From: Bacillota bacterium
Lineage (GTDB): Bacteria; Bacillota; Halanaerobiia; Halanaerobiales; Halanaerobiaceae
Direction: 5' to 3'
NCBI GenBank assembly: GCA_051746665.1
Contig: JBNJFG010000003.1
Coordinates: 474-64,473 of the forward strand
DNA: 64,000 nucleotides
Shown here: piece after piece, positions 56,858 to 64,000 of the stretch
Layout: every line of letters starts with the position of its first letter
How positions within the stretch are numbered: position 1 is the first letter of the stretch
Program-made: the position numbers and the translations under genes
Notes under the pieces: model-generated
What the model was told of the DNA's origin: nothing
The model's input: only the letters and a program-made list of their open reading frames with translations
The model's database searches: none

Positions 56858-58210
56858 ATGGCAAAATTAATATTTCCCGAAGATTTCGAATGGGGAGCTG
56901 CAACCGCATCCTATCAAATTGAGGGAGCAGCTAATGAAGATGGTAAAGGGGAATCTATCTGGGATAGATTTAGCCATCAAAAAGGAAATATCAAAAATAA
57001 TGACACAGGTGATGCAGCCTGTGATCACTATCATCGGTATCAAGAAGATGTAAAATTAATGAAAAAAATTGGCTTAGATACTTATCGTTTTTCTATAGCC
57101 TGGCCGAGAATTATGCCGGCTGGGAGTGGTAAAATTAACCAAAAAGGAATTGACTTTTATAAAAGCTTGATCGATGAACTTCTAACAGCAGGGATTAAAC
57201 CAGCTGCAACTTTATATCACTGGGATTTACCACAAAAGCTGCAGGATAAAGGTGGTTGGGAAAATAGAGATACTGCTAAATATTTTAATCAATATGCACA
57301 GCTGATGTATAAAGAACTTGGAGATTTAGTTCCGCGCTGGATAACTCATAATGAGCCCTTTGTAGTTTCAATGGTTGCTAATTTATGGGGGGAGCATGCT
57401 CCTGGTTATAAAGATCGAAAAAAAGCACTGCAGGTAGCGCATAATCTTTTGCTTTCTCATGGAATGGCAGTTAAAAGCTTTAGAGAAAGCGGGATTGAGG
57501 GTGAAGTCGGTATTACTTTAAATCTAGCTCCAGTTTATGCTAATAGTGAAAATAAGAAAGATCAAATTGCAAAAGATTATAGTGATGCTTTTAATAATCG
57601 CTGGTTTTTAGATCCTATATTTAAAGGCAAATATCCAGAGAAATTGATGGCTCTTTATCAGCAAAAATTTGATAATCCATTTGAGATTAAAACTGGAGAT
57701 CTTGAAATAATTAGCAGCAATATTGATTTTTTAGGGATTAATTATTATTCCAGAGCTCTGGTAGAATATGATGAAGCTAAACTGCTTAATTTTAAAACTA
57801 TCAAAACTAAAAATTCAGATTATACAGCAATGAACTGGGAAGTTTATCCTCAGGGCTTAACTGATTTATTGTTAAGACTGGATGCTGAGTATACTAAAAA
57901 ACCAATATTTATCACAGAAAATGGAGCAGCTTATAATGATCAGATTGCTGAGGACGGCAGTGTTCATGACAAAAAAAGAGTAGATTATTTAGAAAAACAC
58001 TTTCAGGCTGCTCACCAGGCAATTGAAAAAGGAGTTAATTTAGCTGGATATTATGTCTGGTCCTTAATGGATAATTTTGAGTGGGCTTATGGATATAGTA
58101 AACGTTTTGGAATTATTTATATAGATTATGATAATGGTCAGAATAGAATTTTAAAAGATAGTGCAAAAATGTACAGTCAAGTTATAGAAAATAATTATAT
58201 TAAAGCATAG
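56858..58210 (+). CDS. bglA: GH1 beta-glucosidase
   Basis: WGAATASYQIEG, LYHWDLP, THNEP (acid/base), ITENG (nucleophile), WSLMDNFEW. Confidence 0.93.
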   Translation: MAKLIFPEDFEWGAATASYQIEGAANEDGKGESIWDRFSHQKGNIKNNDTGDAACDHYHRYQEDVKLMKKIGLDTYRFSIAWPRIMPAGSGKINQKGIDFYKSLIDELLTAGIKPAATLYHWDLPQKLQDKGGWENRDTAKYFNQYAQLMYKELGDLVPRWITHNEPFVVSMVANLWGEHAPGYKDRKKALQVAHNLLLSHGMAVKSFRESGIEGEVGITLNLAPVYANSENKKDQIAKDYSDAFNNRWFLDPIFKGKYPEKLMALYQQKFDNPFEIKTGDLEIISSNIDFLGINYYSRALVEYDEAKLLNFKTIKTKNSDYTAMNWEVYPQGLTDLLLRLDAEYTKKPIFITENGAAYNDQIAEDGSVHDKKRVDYLEKHFQAAHQAIEKGVNLAGYYVWSLMDNFEWAYGYSKRFGIIYIDYDNGQNRILKDSAKMYSQVIENNYIKA

Positions 58211-58215
58211 ATTGG

Positions 58216-60966
58216 ATGGTGAAAGTTTTGGCTGAAGAAAAAACGAACTGGAAATTTACTGGAGAAAATGGAGAATTTAGACTTGAAAAAGCAGACAGCA
58301 ATAATCGTTTATATTTCCCACTGACAAATGAAGCAGGAATGATGTCTGCCATTAGCCCACTTTTAAATGGTGATATTAAAACAGGACAAAATACATTTGC
58401 AATGGAGCCAGTTTCAGTGGATAACCTTCATAATAATCGTTCAGCAAGAAATTTTTGGCTTTTAATTGATGATCAGGATCTCTGGTCAGCTGCAGGTAAT
58501 TCTGCTAAGCAAATCTCTCAAAAATATGATGAAGCTGAGGCTGAAAGTACAACTGTAGAAGCAGGATTTTTGTGGCATAAAACTATTAGAATTAATAAAA
58601 AATATAAACTTAAATCTGAAATAACTAATTTTGTACCATCAAATAATGACAAAGTAGAATTAATGCAGGTTAAAATTACTAATAATGGAGAGCAGGCAAG
58701 AAAAATAACACCGACAGCCGCAATTCCGATTTATGGTAGATCTGCTGATAATTTAAGAGATCATCGACATGTTACATCACTGCTGCATCGAACTAAAACT
58801 ATTGAAAATGGGGTAACAGTTTCTCCAAGCCTTTCTTTTGATGAGAGAGGCCATAAGCAGAACAAAGCGGCTTATGCAGTGGTTGGTGCTGATCAGGATG
58901 GTAAAAAACCAATAGGCTTTTATCCTGTCTTAGAAGATTTTATTGGTCGCGGAGGATTTTTAGACTGGCCGGAAGCAGCTGCTAAAAAACTGGATAATTA
59001 TCTTCAGGCTGGAGCAGAAATTGATGGTTATGAGTCAATAGGTGCACTTCGCTTTGAAGACATTACTTTAGAACCTGGAACAGAAAAGACATATGTAATG
59101 GCAGTTGTAATTGAAGAAGAAAATGATGATTTAATAGCTGATGCAGCTCAAAAATACTGCAGCAGAGAAAAATTTGAAAACTATCTCCAGGAAAATAAAG
59201 AATTCTGGAAAAAGAAGCTGGATAAACTGCAGTTTAATTCCGCAGATAATAAATTCGATCAGTGGATGCGCTGGGTCAATCTGCAGCCTATTTTAAGAAG
59301 AATCTATGGTTGTTCTTTTCTCCCCCATCATGATTATGGTCGAGGAGGCAGAGGCTGGCGTGATTTATGGCAGGACTGTCTGGCTTTATTAATTATGGAG
59401 CCTGAAGGTGTTAGAGAAACTCTGTTAAATAATTTTGCTGGAGTCAGAATTGATGGAACTAATGCTACAATTATTGGTTCCAAGCCGGGAGAATTCATTG
59501 CTGATCGTAATAATATAAGTCGAGTTTGGATGGACCATGGAGCCTGGCCCTTTTTAACAACTAAACTTTATCTTGATCAGAGTGGAGATCTTGATTTTTT
59601 ACTGAAAGAACAGAGCTATTTTAAAGATGCACATACTGCTTTTGGTAATCAAATAGATGAGAATTGGGACCCTGATGCTGGTAATAAACTGCTGGATCAG
59701 GAAGATAATATTTATCAGGGCAGTATTTTAGAACATCTGCTTGTACAGCATCTAACTTTATTTTTTAATGTTGGAGATAATAATAATCTCAGATTAGAAG
59801 GTGCTGACTGGAATGATGGTCTTGATATGGCCGAAGAAAACGGAGAAAGTGTTACCTTTACAGCTCTTTATGCCAGTAATTTATTAGAAATGGCAGAGCT
59901 TTTAGAAGGACTTAAATCTAAAAAAAATATAGAAAGTGTAGAGCTTGCTCAGGAACTAAAAATACTCTTAGACTCCTTAACAGAGTCTGTTAATTATGAT
60001 TCAGTCACAGCAAAACATGAGTTATTAGCTAAATATTTTGCTTCCTATCAGACTAAAGTTTCCGGTAAAAAAGCAGAAGTTGAGCTTGATGCATTAATTA
60101 AAGATTTAAAGAAAAAAGCAGAATGGATAATCCAACATTTAAGAAAAAATGAATGGATCGAAAACAAAGAGGGTTTTAAGTGGTTTAACGGCTACTATGA
60201 TAATGATGGTCAAAGATTGGAAGGTGATCATTCCTTAGGAGTTAGAATGACTTTAACCGGACAGGTATTTCCGATAATGGGCAATGTGGCATCTGAGGCT
60301 CAGGTTGAAGAAATAATTAAAACAGCTGATCACTATTTAAAAGATGATCAGGTTGGAGGTTACCGCTTAAATACAAACTTTAATGAGGTACTGATGAATA
60401 TGGGTAGAGCCTATGGTTTTGCCTATGGTCATAAAGAAAATGGTGCCATGTTCAGTCATATGGCTGTAATGTACAGCAATGCTCTTTATAAAAGAGGCTA
60501 TGCAGAAGCGGGAAATGAAGTTATTTCTTCTATTTATAAGCAGTCTATTAATTATCAAGAAAGCAAAATTTATCCTGGTATTCCTGAATATATTAATAAC
60601 CGCGGCGAAGGTCTTTATCATTATTTAACCGGCTCAGCCAGCTGGCTTTTATTGACAATGGTAACCCAGGTTTATGGAGTTAGAGGTGATTTAGGTGATC
60701 TTGTTTTAGAGCCTAAACTAATGCCGGAAGATTTTGATAAAAATGATAAAGCTGAAATCACCACTGTTTTTGCTGATAGAGATTTAGAAATCAGCTATTC
60801 TAATCCTGATCATTTAAATTATAATGATTATGAGGTTAAAGAAGTATTATTAGATAATCAAAAAGTTGATTTTAAAAGCAGAGGCAAGTCAGCAGTAATC
60901 GCTAGAAGTATTTTAACAGAAAAAGCTGAATCTGAAAAAATAAAATTAGAAATTAAGCTTAAATAA
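58216..60966 (+). CDS. GH94 glycoside phosphorylase, laminaribiose phosphorylase-like
   Basis: N-terminus WKF.GE.GEFRLE...YFPL.NEAGMMSA resembles Paenibacillus laminaribiose phosphorylase; GRGWRDLWQD, ADWNDG, KENGAMFSH, YLTGSASW. Confidence 0.8.
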   Translation: MVKVLAEEKTNWKFTGENGEFRLEKADSNNRLYFPLTNEAGMMSAISPLLNGDIKTGQNTFAMEPVSVDNLHNNRSARNFWLLIDDQDLWSAAGNSAKQISQKYDEAEAESTTVEAGFLWHKTIRINKKYKLKSEITNFVPSNNDKVELMQVKITNNGEQARKITPTAAIPIYGRSADNLRDHRHVTSLLHRTKTIENGVTVSPSLSFDERGHKQNKAAYAVVGADQDGKKPIGFYPVLEDFIGRGGFLDWPEAAAKKLDNYLQAGAEIDGYESIGALRFEDITLEPGTEKTYVMAVVIEEENDDLIADAAQKYCSREKFENYLQENKEFWKKKLDKLQFNSADNKFDQWMRWVNLQPILRRIYGCSFLPHHDYGRGGRGWRDLWQDCLALLIMEPEGVRETLLNNFAGVRIDGTNATIIGSKPGEFIADRNNISRVWMDHGAWPFLTTKLYLDQSGDLDFLLKEQSYFKDAHTAFGNQIDENWDPDAGNKLLDQEDNIYQGSILEHLLVQHLTLFFNVGDNNNLRLEGADWNDGLDMAEENGESVTFTALYASNLLEMAELLEGLKSKKNIESVELAQELKILLDSLTESVNYDSVTAKHELLAKYFASYQTKVSGKKAEVELDALIKDLKKKAEWIIQHLRKNEWIENKEGFKWFNGYYDNDGQRLEGDHSLGVRMTLTGQVFPIMGNVASEAQVEEIIKTADHYLKDDQVGGYRLNTNFNEVLMNMGRAYGFAYGHKENGAMFSHMAVMYSNALYKRGYAEAGNEVISSIYKQSINYQESKIYPGIPEYINNRGEGLYHYLTGSASWLLLTMVTQVYGVRGDLGDLVLEPKLMPEDFDKNDKAEITTVFADRDLEISYSNPDHLNYNDYEVKEVLLDNQKVDFKSRGKSAVIARSILTEKAESEKIKLEIKLK

Positions 60967-61001
60967 ATTAGAGTCTGTTAAAAGGATGGGGTTGAAGTAC
61001 A

Positions 61002-61412
61002 ATGAAATCTGATTTAATAGAAATTAAAGAATATAAAGAAGCGGGTTATAAACCGGTTATTGATTACGGAGACTGGCGGGTTGCAGTTTTAAATTACTGT
61101 GCTGAACTACTGCCGGAAAATATTAAAAAAATGCAAAAACACAATCAAACTGATGAAGTCTTTGTCTTACTAAGCGGTCACTGTCAGTTGTTTTTAGCTG
61201 AAGGTGATCAAAAAATAGAGAATATTTATGTTCAAAAGATGGAGCCTTTTAAAATGTATAATGTCAAGCGCTCTGTTTGGCATAGTCATACTCTAAGTGA
61301 GGATGCAATGGTCTTAATTATTGAAAATAGAGATACTTCTTTAGAAAATTCTCCAGAAAAAGAATTAACTGAGAAACAGCAGCAAAAAATAGTAGAACTA
61401 AGTAAAAATTAG
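61002..61412 (+). CDS. Cupin-like hypothetical protein
   Basis: KHNQTDEVFVLLSG...YNV..SVWHSH. Confidence 0.6.
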   Translation: MKSDLIEIKEYKEAGYKPVIDYGDWRVAVLNYCAELLPENIKKMQKHNQTDEVFVLLSGHCQLFLAEGDQKIENIYVQKMEPFKMYNVKRSVWHSHTLSEDAMVLIIENRDTSLENSPEKELTEKQQQKIVELSKN

Positions 61413-61653
61413 TATTAGTTAAAACAAATATATTTTTATTTCAATTGAAGCTTAAAGTTGGTTAAGTGATAAATAGCTGGTTCCCCTATACCAGTTCTAT
61501 AAAGTACTTTAACCTCTTTAAGCTTTATTGATTATATATATCACAATCTTTAAATATAAGGCCAAAAATGTTATAATTTAATTGGTTAACGAATTTATAA
61601 TAAAAATGGATTTTTATTTGACGTAACGAATAAATTTCAGGGAGGTATTATTA

Positions 61654-62637
61654 ATGAAATATAGAAAATTAGGTAAAACTGGTTTTGAAGTTTCAGAAGT
61701 ATCATTTGGTGGCTGGGCAATTGGCGGCACCTGGGGAGATGTCGAAGATGAGCAGTCAATGGCAGCTTTAGAAGAGGCAGTAGATCAGGGGATTAACTTT
61801 TTTGATACTGCTGATGTTTATGGAGATGGCCGTAGTGAGCGCTTGATGGCTAAATTGAGACATGAAACAGATAAGAAGATACACATAGCTACCAAAGCTG
61901 GTAGAAGACTTGATCCTCATACAGCTGCAGGCTATAATAAGGAAAATTTAAATAAATTTGTGGACCGCAGTCTTAAAAACCTGGATGTAGATCAAATTGA
62001 TTTACTGCAGCTGCACTGTCCTCCAACTGAAGTTTATGATCAGGAAGAAGTCTTTGAAGCTCTAGAAGAAATGGTTGAAGCTGGTAAAATTAAAAACTAT
62101 GGTGTCAGTGTTGAAAAAGTAGAAGAGGCGATGAAGGCCTTAGAATATGAAAATGTAGCTACTGTGCAGATTATTTTCAATATGTTTAGACACAAGCCAG
62201 CTGATGAATTTTTTGCCAAAGCCAAAGAAAAAGGAGTAGGAATTATCTGTAGAGTGCCTCTGGCAAGTGGACTCTTAACAGGTAAATTTTCTAAAGACTC
62301 TACTTTTGCCGAAAATGACCACCGAAACTTTAATCGTAATGGTGAAGCTTTTGATAAAGGAGAAACTTTTTCCGGTGTAGATTTTGAACTGGGCTTAAAA
62401 GCTGTTGAAGAATTAGAAGAAATTAAACCAGAAGGCTTAACTATGGCCCAATTTGCACTTAAGTGGATTTTAATGCATGATGCAGTTAGCTGTGTAATTC
62501 CTGGCGGTAAAAAACCATGGCAGGTAAAAGACAATGCAGCTGCTTCTGCAGCGGATGATCTCTCAGCTGAAGTAATGGAGAGAGTAGATGAAATCTATGA
62601 TGAATATATCAGAGATAGTGTGCATCACCTCTGGTAA
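61654..62637 (+). CDS. Aldo/keto reductase
   Basis: FFDTADVYG, TKAG, IDLLQLH, PLASGLLTGK, VIPG. Confidence 0.9.
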   Translation: MKYRKLGKTGFEVSEVSFGGWAIGGTWGDVEDEQSMAALEEAVDQGINFFDTADVYGDGRSERLMAKLRHETDKKIHIATKAGRRLDPHTAAGYNKENLNKFVDRSLKNLDVDQIDLLQLHCPPTEVYDQEEVFEALEEMVEAGKIKNYGVSVEKVEEAMKALEYENVATVQIIFNMFRHKPADEFFAKAKEKGVGIICRVPLASGLLTGKFSKDSTFAENDHRNFNRNGEAFDKGETFSGVDFELGLKAVEELEEIKPEGLTMAQFALKWILMHDAVSCVIPGGKKPWQVKDNAAASAADDLSAEVMERVDEIYDEYIRDSVHHLW

Positions 62638-62699
62638 AGTATTTTTTTAGTTAAGGAATTAATTAAAAATGTCTGTATATTAGAACATTGCGAAATAGC

Positions 62700-62727
62700 T
62701 TGACAAGAGATTTAAAAGGTATATAAT
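62700..62727 (+). promoter_or_regulatory. Consensus sigma-A promoter
   Basis: TTGACA-16 nt-TATAAT. Confidence 0.7.
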
Positions 62728-62809
62728 AGGGGTAGTAGAAAGAAAATATAAGTAAATCACTTATAATTAATTTAACAACAATAAGTTTATAAGAAAGGGT
62801 GATTTAATA

Positions 62810-62938
62810 ATGTTGAATTCTTTATTAACATTCATTAAAACAGCTAATACTGAAGGAAGAAGAATCGAAAGTAATGTTCAGTCTGTTAAAGAAAAACAGA
62901 TTAAGCACGATTCTTTTGCAAACCTGAATCATTACTAA
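62810..62938 (+). CDS. Small protein, 42 aa (MLNSLLTFIKTANTEGRRIESNVQSVKEKQIKHDSFANLNHY), absent from ORF track
   Basis: RBS agaaagggtg; paralogous to the next small ORF. Confidence 0.65.
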   Translation: MLNSLLTFIKTANTEGRRIESNVQSVKEKQIKHDSFANLNHY

Positions 62939-63030
62939 AATTGTTTCATTTAAAAGACAATAACTGATTTATAAAAATAAGACAATCATAATTATAACTA
63001 AAATAACTTTATAAGAAAGGATGATTGCAT

Positions 63031-63129
63031 ATGTTTAACAACATGTTCAAATTCATGAAAGAGGCTAGACTTGAATCTTCAAAGAATCAAGAAAAGCTTA
63101 ATGCATTTAAAAACTTAGGAAACTACTAA
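63031..63129 (+). CDS. Small protein, 32 aa (MFNNMFKFMKEARLESSKNQEKLNAFKNLGNY), absent from ORF track
   Basis: RBS agaaaggatg; same leader and similar termini as previous small ORF. Confidence 0.65.
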   Translation: MFNNMFKFMKEARLESSKNQEKLNAFKNLGNY

Positions 63130-63152
63130 TCAACTAATAAATGATGATAATT

Positions 63153-63180
63153 AAACCACCCCTACCGGGTGGTTTTTGTT
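63153..63180 (+). terminator. Intrinsic terminator after the small-ORF pair
   Basis: aaaccaccc-ctacc-gggtggttt followed by ttgtt. Confidence 0.75.
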
Positions 63181-63260
63181 ATTTAAGTCTAATTTTTGTT
63201 ATTTAAGCCTAGATATATTATAATAAGAAATAGAACAGAAAATAAATAGGAGGTATATTT

Positions 63261-63962
63261 ATGAGTACACATATTGGTGCTAAAAAAGGAGAAATTGCCG
63301 AAACAATTCTGCTGCCAGGGGATCCATTAAGAGCAAAATTTATAGCAGAAAATTATTTAGAAGATGTAACTCAATATAATGATGTTAGAGGAATGTATGG
63401 ATTTACTGGAACATATAAGGGAAAGAGAATTTCAACTCAGGGAACCGGAATGGGTATGCCCTCTCTTTCAATTTATGTTAATGAATTAATTAGAGATTAT
63501 GGAGTTAAAAATTTGATTAGAGTAGGCTCCTGTGGATCTTTTAATGAAGAAGCTAAAGTTAGAGATGTAATTTTAGTAAAAGCAGCCTGCAGCAATTCTA
63601 ATTTAAATAAAATGCGTTTTGATGGCAAAGATTTTGCGCCTGCTTCCAGCTTTAAGCTTCTCTCAAAGGCTTATCAGGTGGCCCAGAAACAGGGAACTGA
63701 GGTTAAGGTTGGTACAATTTTAAGCTCTGATGCATTTTATAATGATAATCGTGAAGCCTGGAAAAAATGGCGAGAATATGGCGTTTTAGCAGTAGAAATG
63801 GAATCTGCAGAATTATTAACATTAGCGGCCAAATATGGTGTGGATGCTTTAAGTATTCTAACAGTGAGTGATTCATTAGTAACTGGAAAAGAAACAACAT
63901 CTGAAGAAAGAGAAAAAACATTCACCGATATGATGGAGATTGCTTTAGAACTAGCTGAGTAA
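63261..63962 (+). CDS. deoD: Purine nucleoside phosphorylase (DeoD type)
   Basis: [40 protein letters not shown]. Confidence 0.95.
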   Translation: MSTHIGAKKGEIAETILLPGDPLRAKFIAENYLEDVTQYNDVRGMYGFTGTYKGKRISTQGTGMGMPSLSIYVNELIRDYGVKNLIRVGSCGSFNEEAKVRDVILVKAACSNSNLNKMRFDGKDFAPASSFKLLSKAYQVAQKQGTEVKVGTILSSDAFYNDNREAWKKWREYGVLAVEMESAELLTLAAKYGVDALSILTVSDSLVTGKETTSEEREKTFTDMMEIALELAE

Positions 63963-64000
63963 TTTTTAGATAAAAAATGTATATTATGCAGCTGTCAGTT

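Noticed and set aside
1703-63925. Numerous 60-165 aa ORF-track entries antisense to or nested within long genes (e.g. 2530-2853, 12891-13151, 54951-55448, 62097-62534)
   Set aside because: Shadow ORFs of well-supported genes; no RBS or recognisable motifs

Overview
AT-rich bacterial chromosome segment, almost all genes on the + strand, with no mobile elements, CRISPR arrays, rRNA or tRNA seen. Gene content, acidic proteins and non-lipidated solute-binding proteins suggest a halophilic diderm Firmicute (Halanaerobium-like; this is an inference). In order: end of a phosphonate ABC operon; methyltransferase, MFS transporter and SprA-like gene; ROK-galE-galK; a degenerate ABC-ATPase/GAF/histidine-kinase fusion with an ANTAR response regulator, followed by an ANTAR-type attenuator and araFGH; aldose epimerase, AraC, DUF5107-TPR (YphG-like) and nagZ. 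Next comes a ~26 kb sigma54-linked cluster for tetrahydromethanopterin/methanofuran C1 transfer and cofactor synthesis: DUF2193, mtd, fwdDBA-ftr-fwdC, mch, mptG, mptA, mfnB/D/E/F-like genes, an Orf17-DmrB fusion and folPBK, bracketed by a sigma54 activator and a short rpoN. Then a SAM-I riboswitch with metY-metA, a beta-glucoside ABC/GH1/GH94 (laminaribiose phosphorylase-like) locus, an aldo-keto reductase, two unannotated paralogous small ORFs, and deoD. Main highlights: the archaeal-type C1 module led by DUF2193 with an apparently intact Mo/W FwdB, and the transporter-like kinase/ANTAR system. Family assignments come from motif recognition and memory, not database searches.
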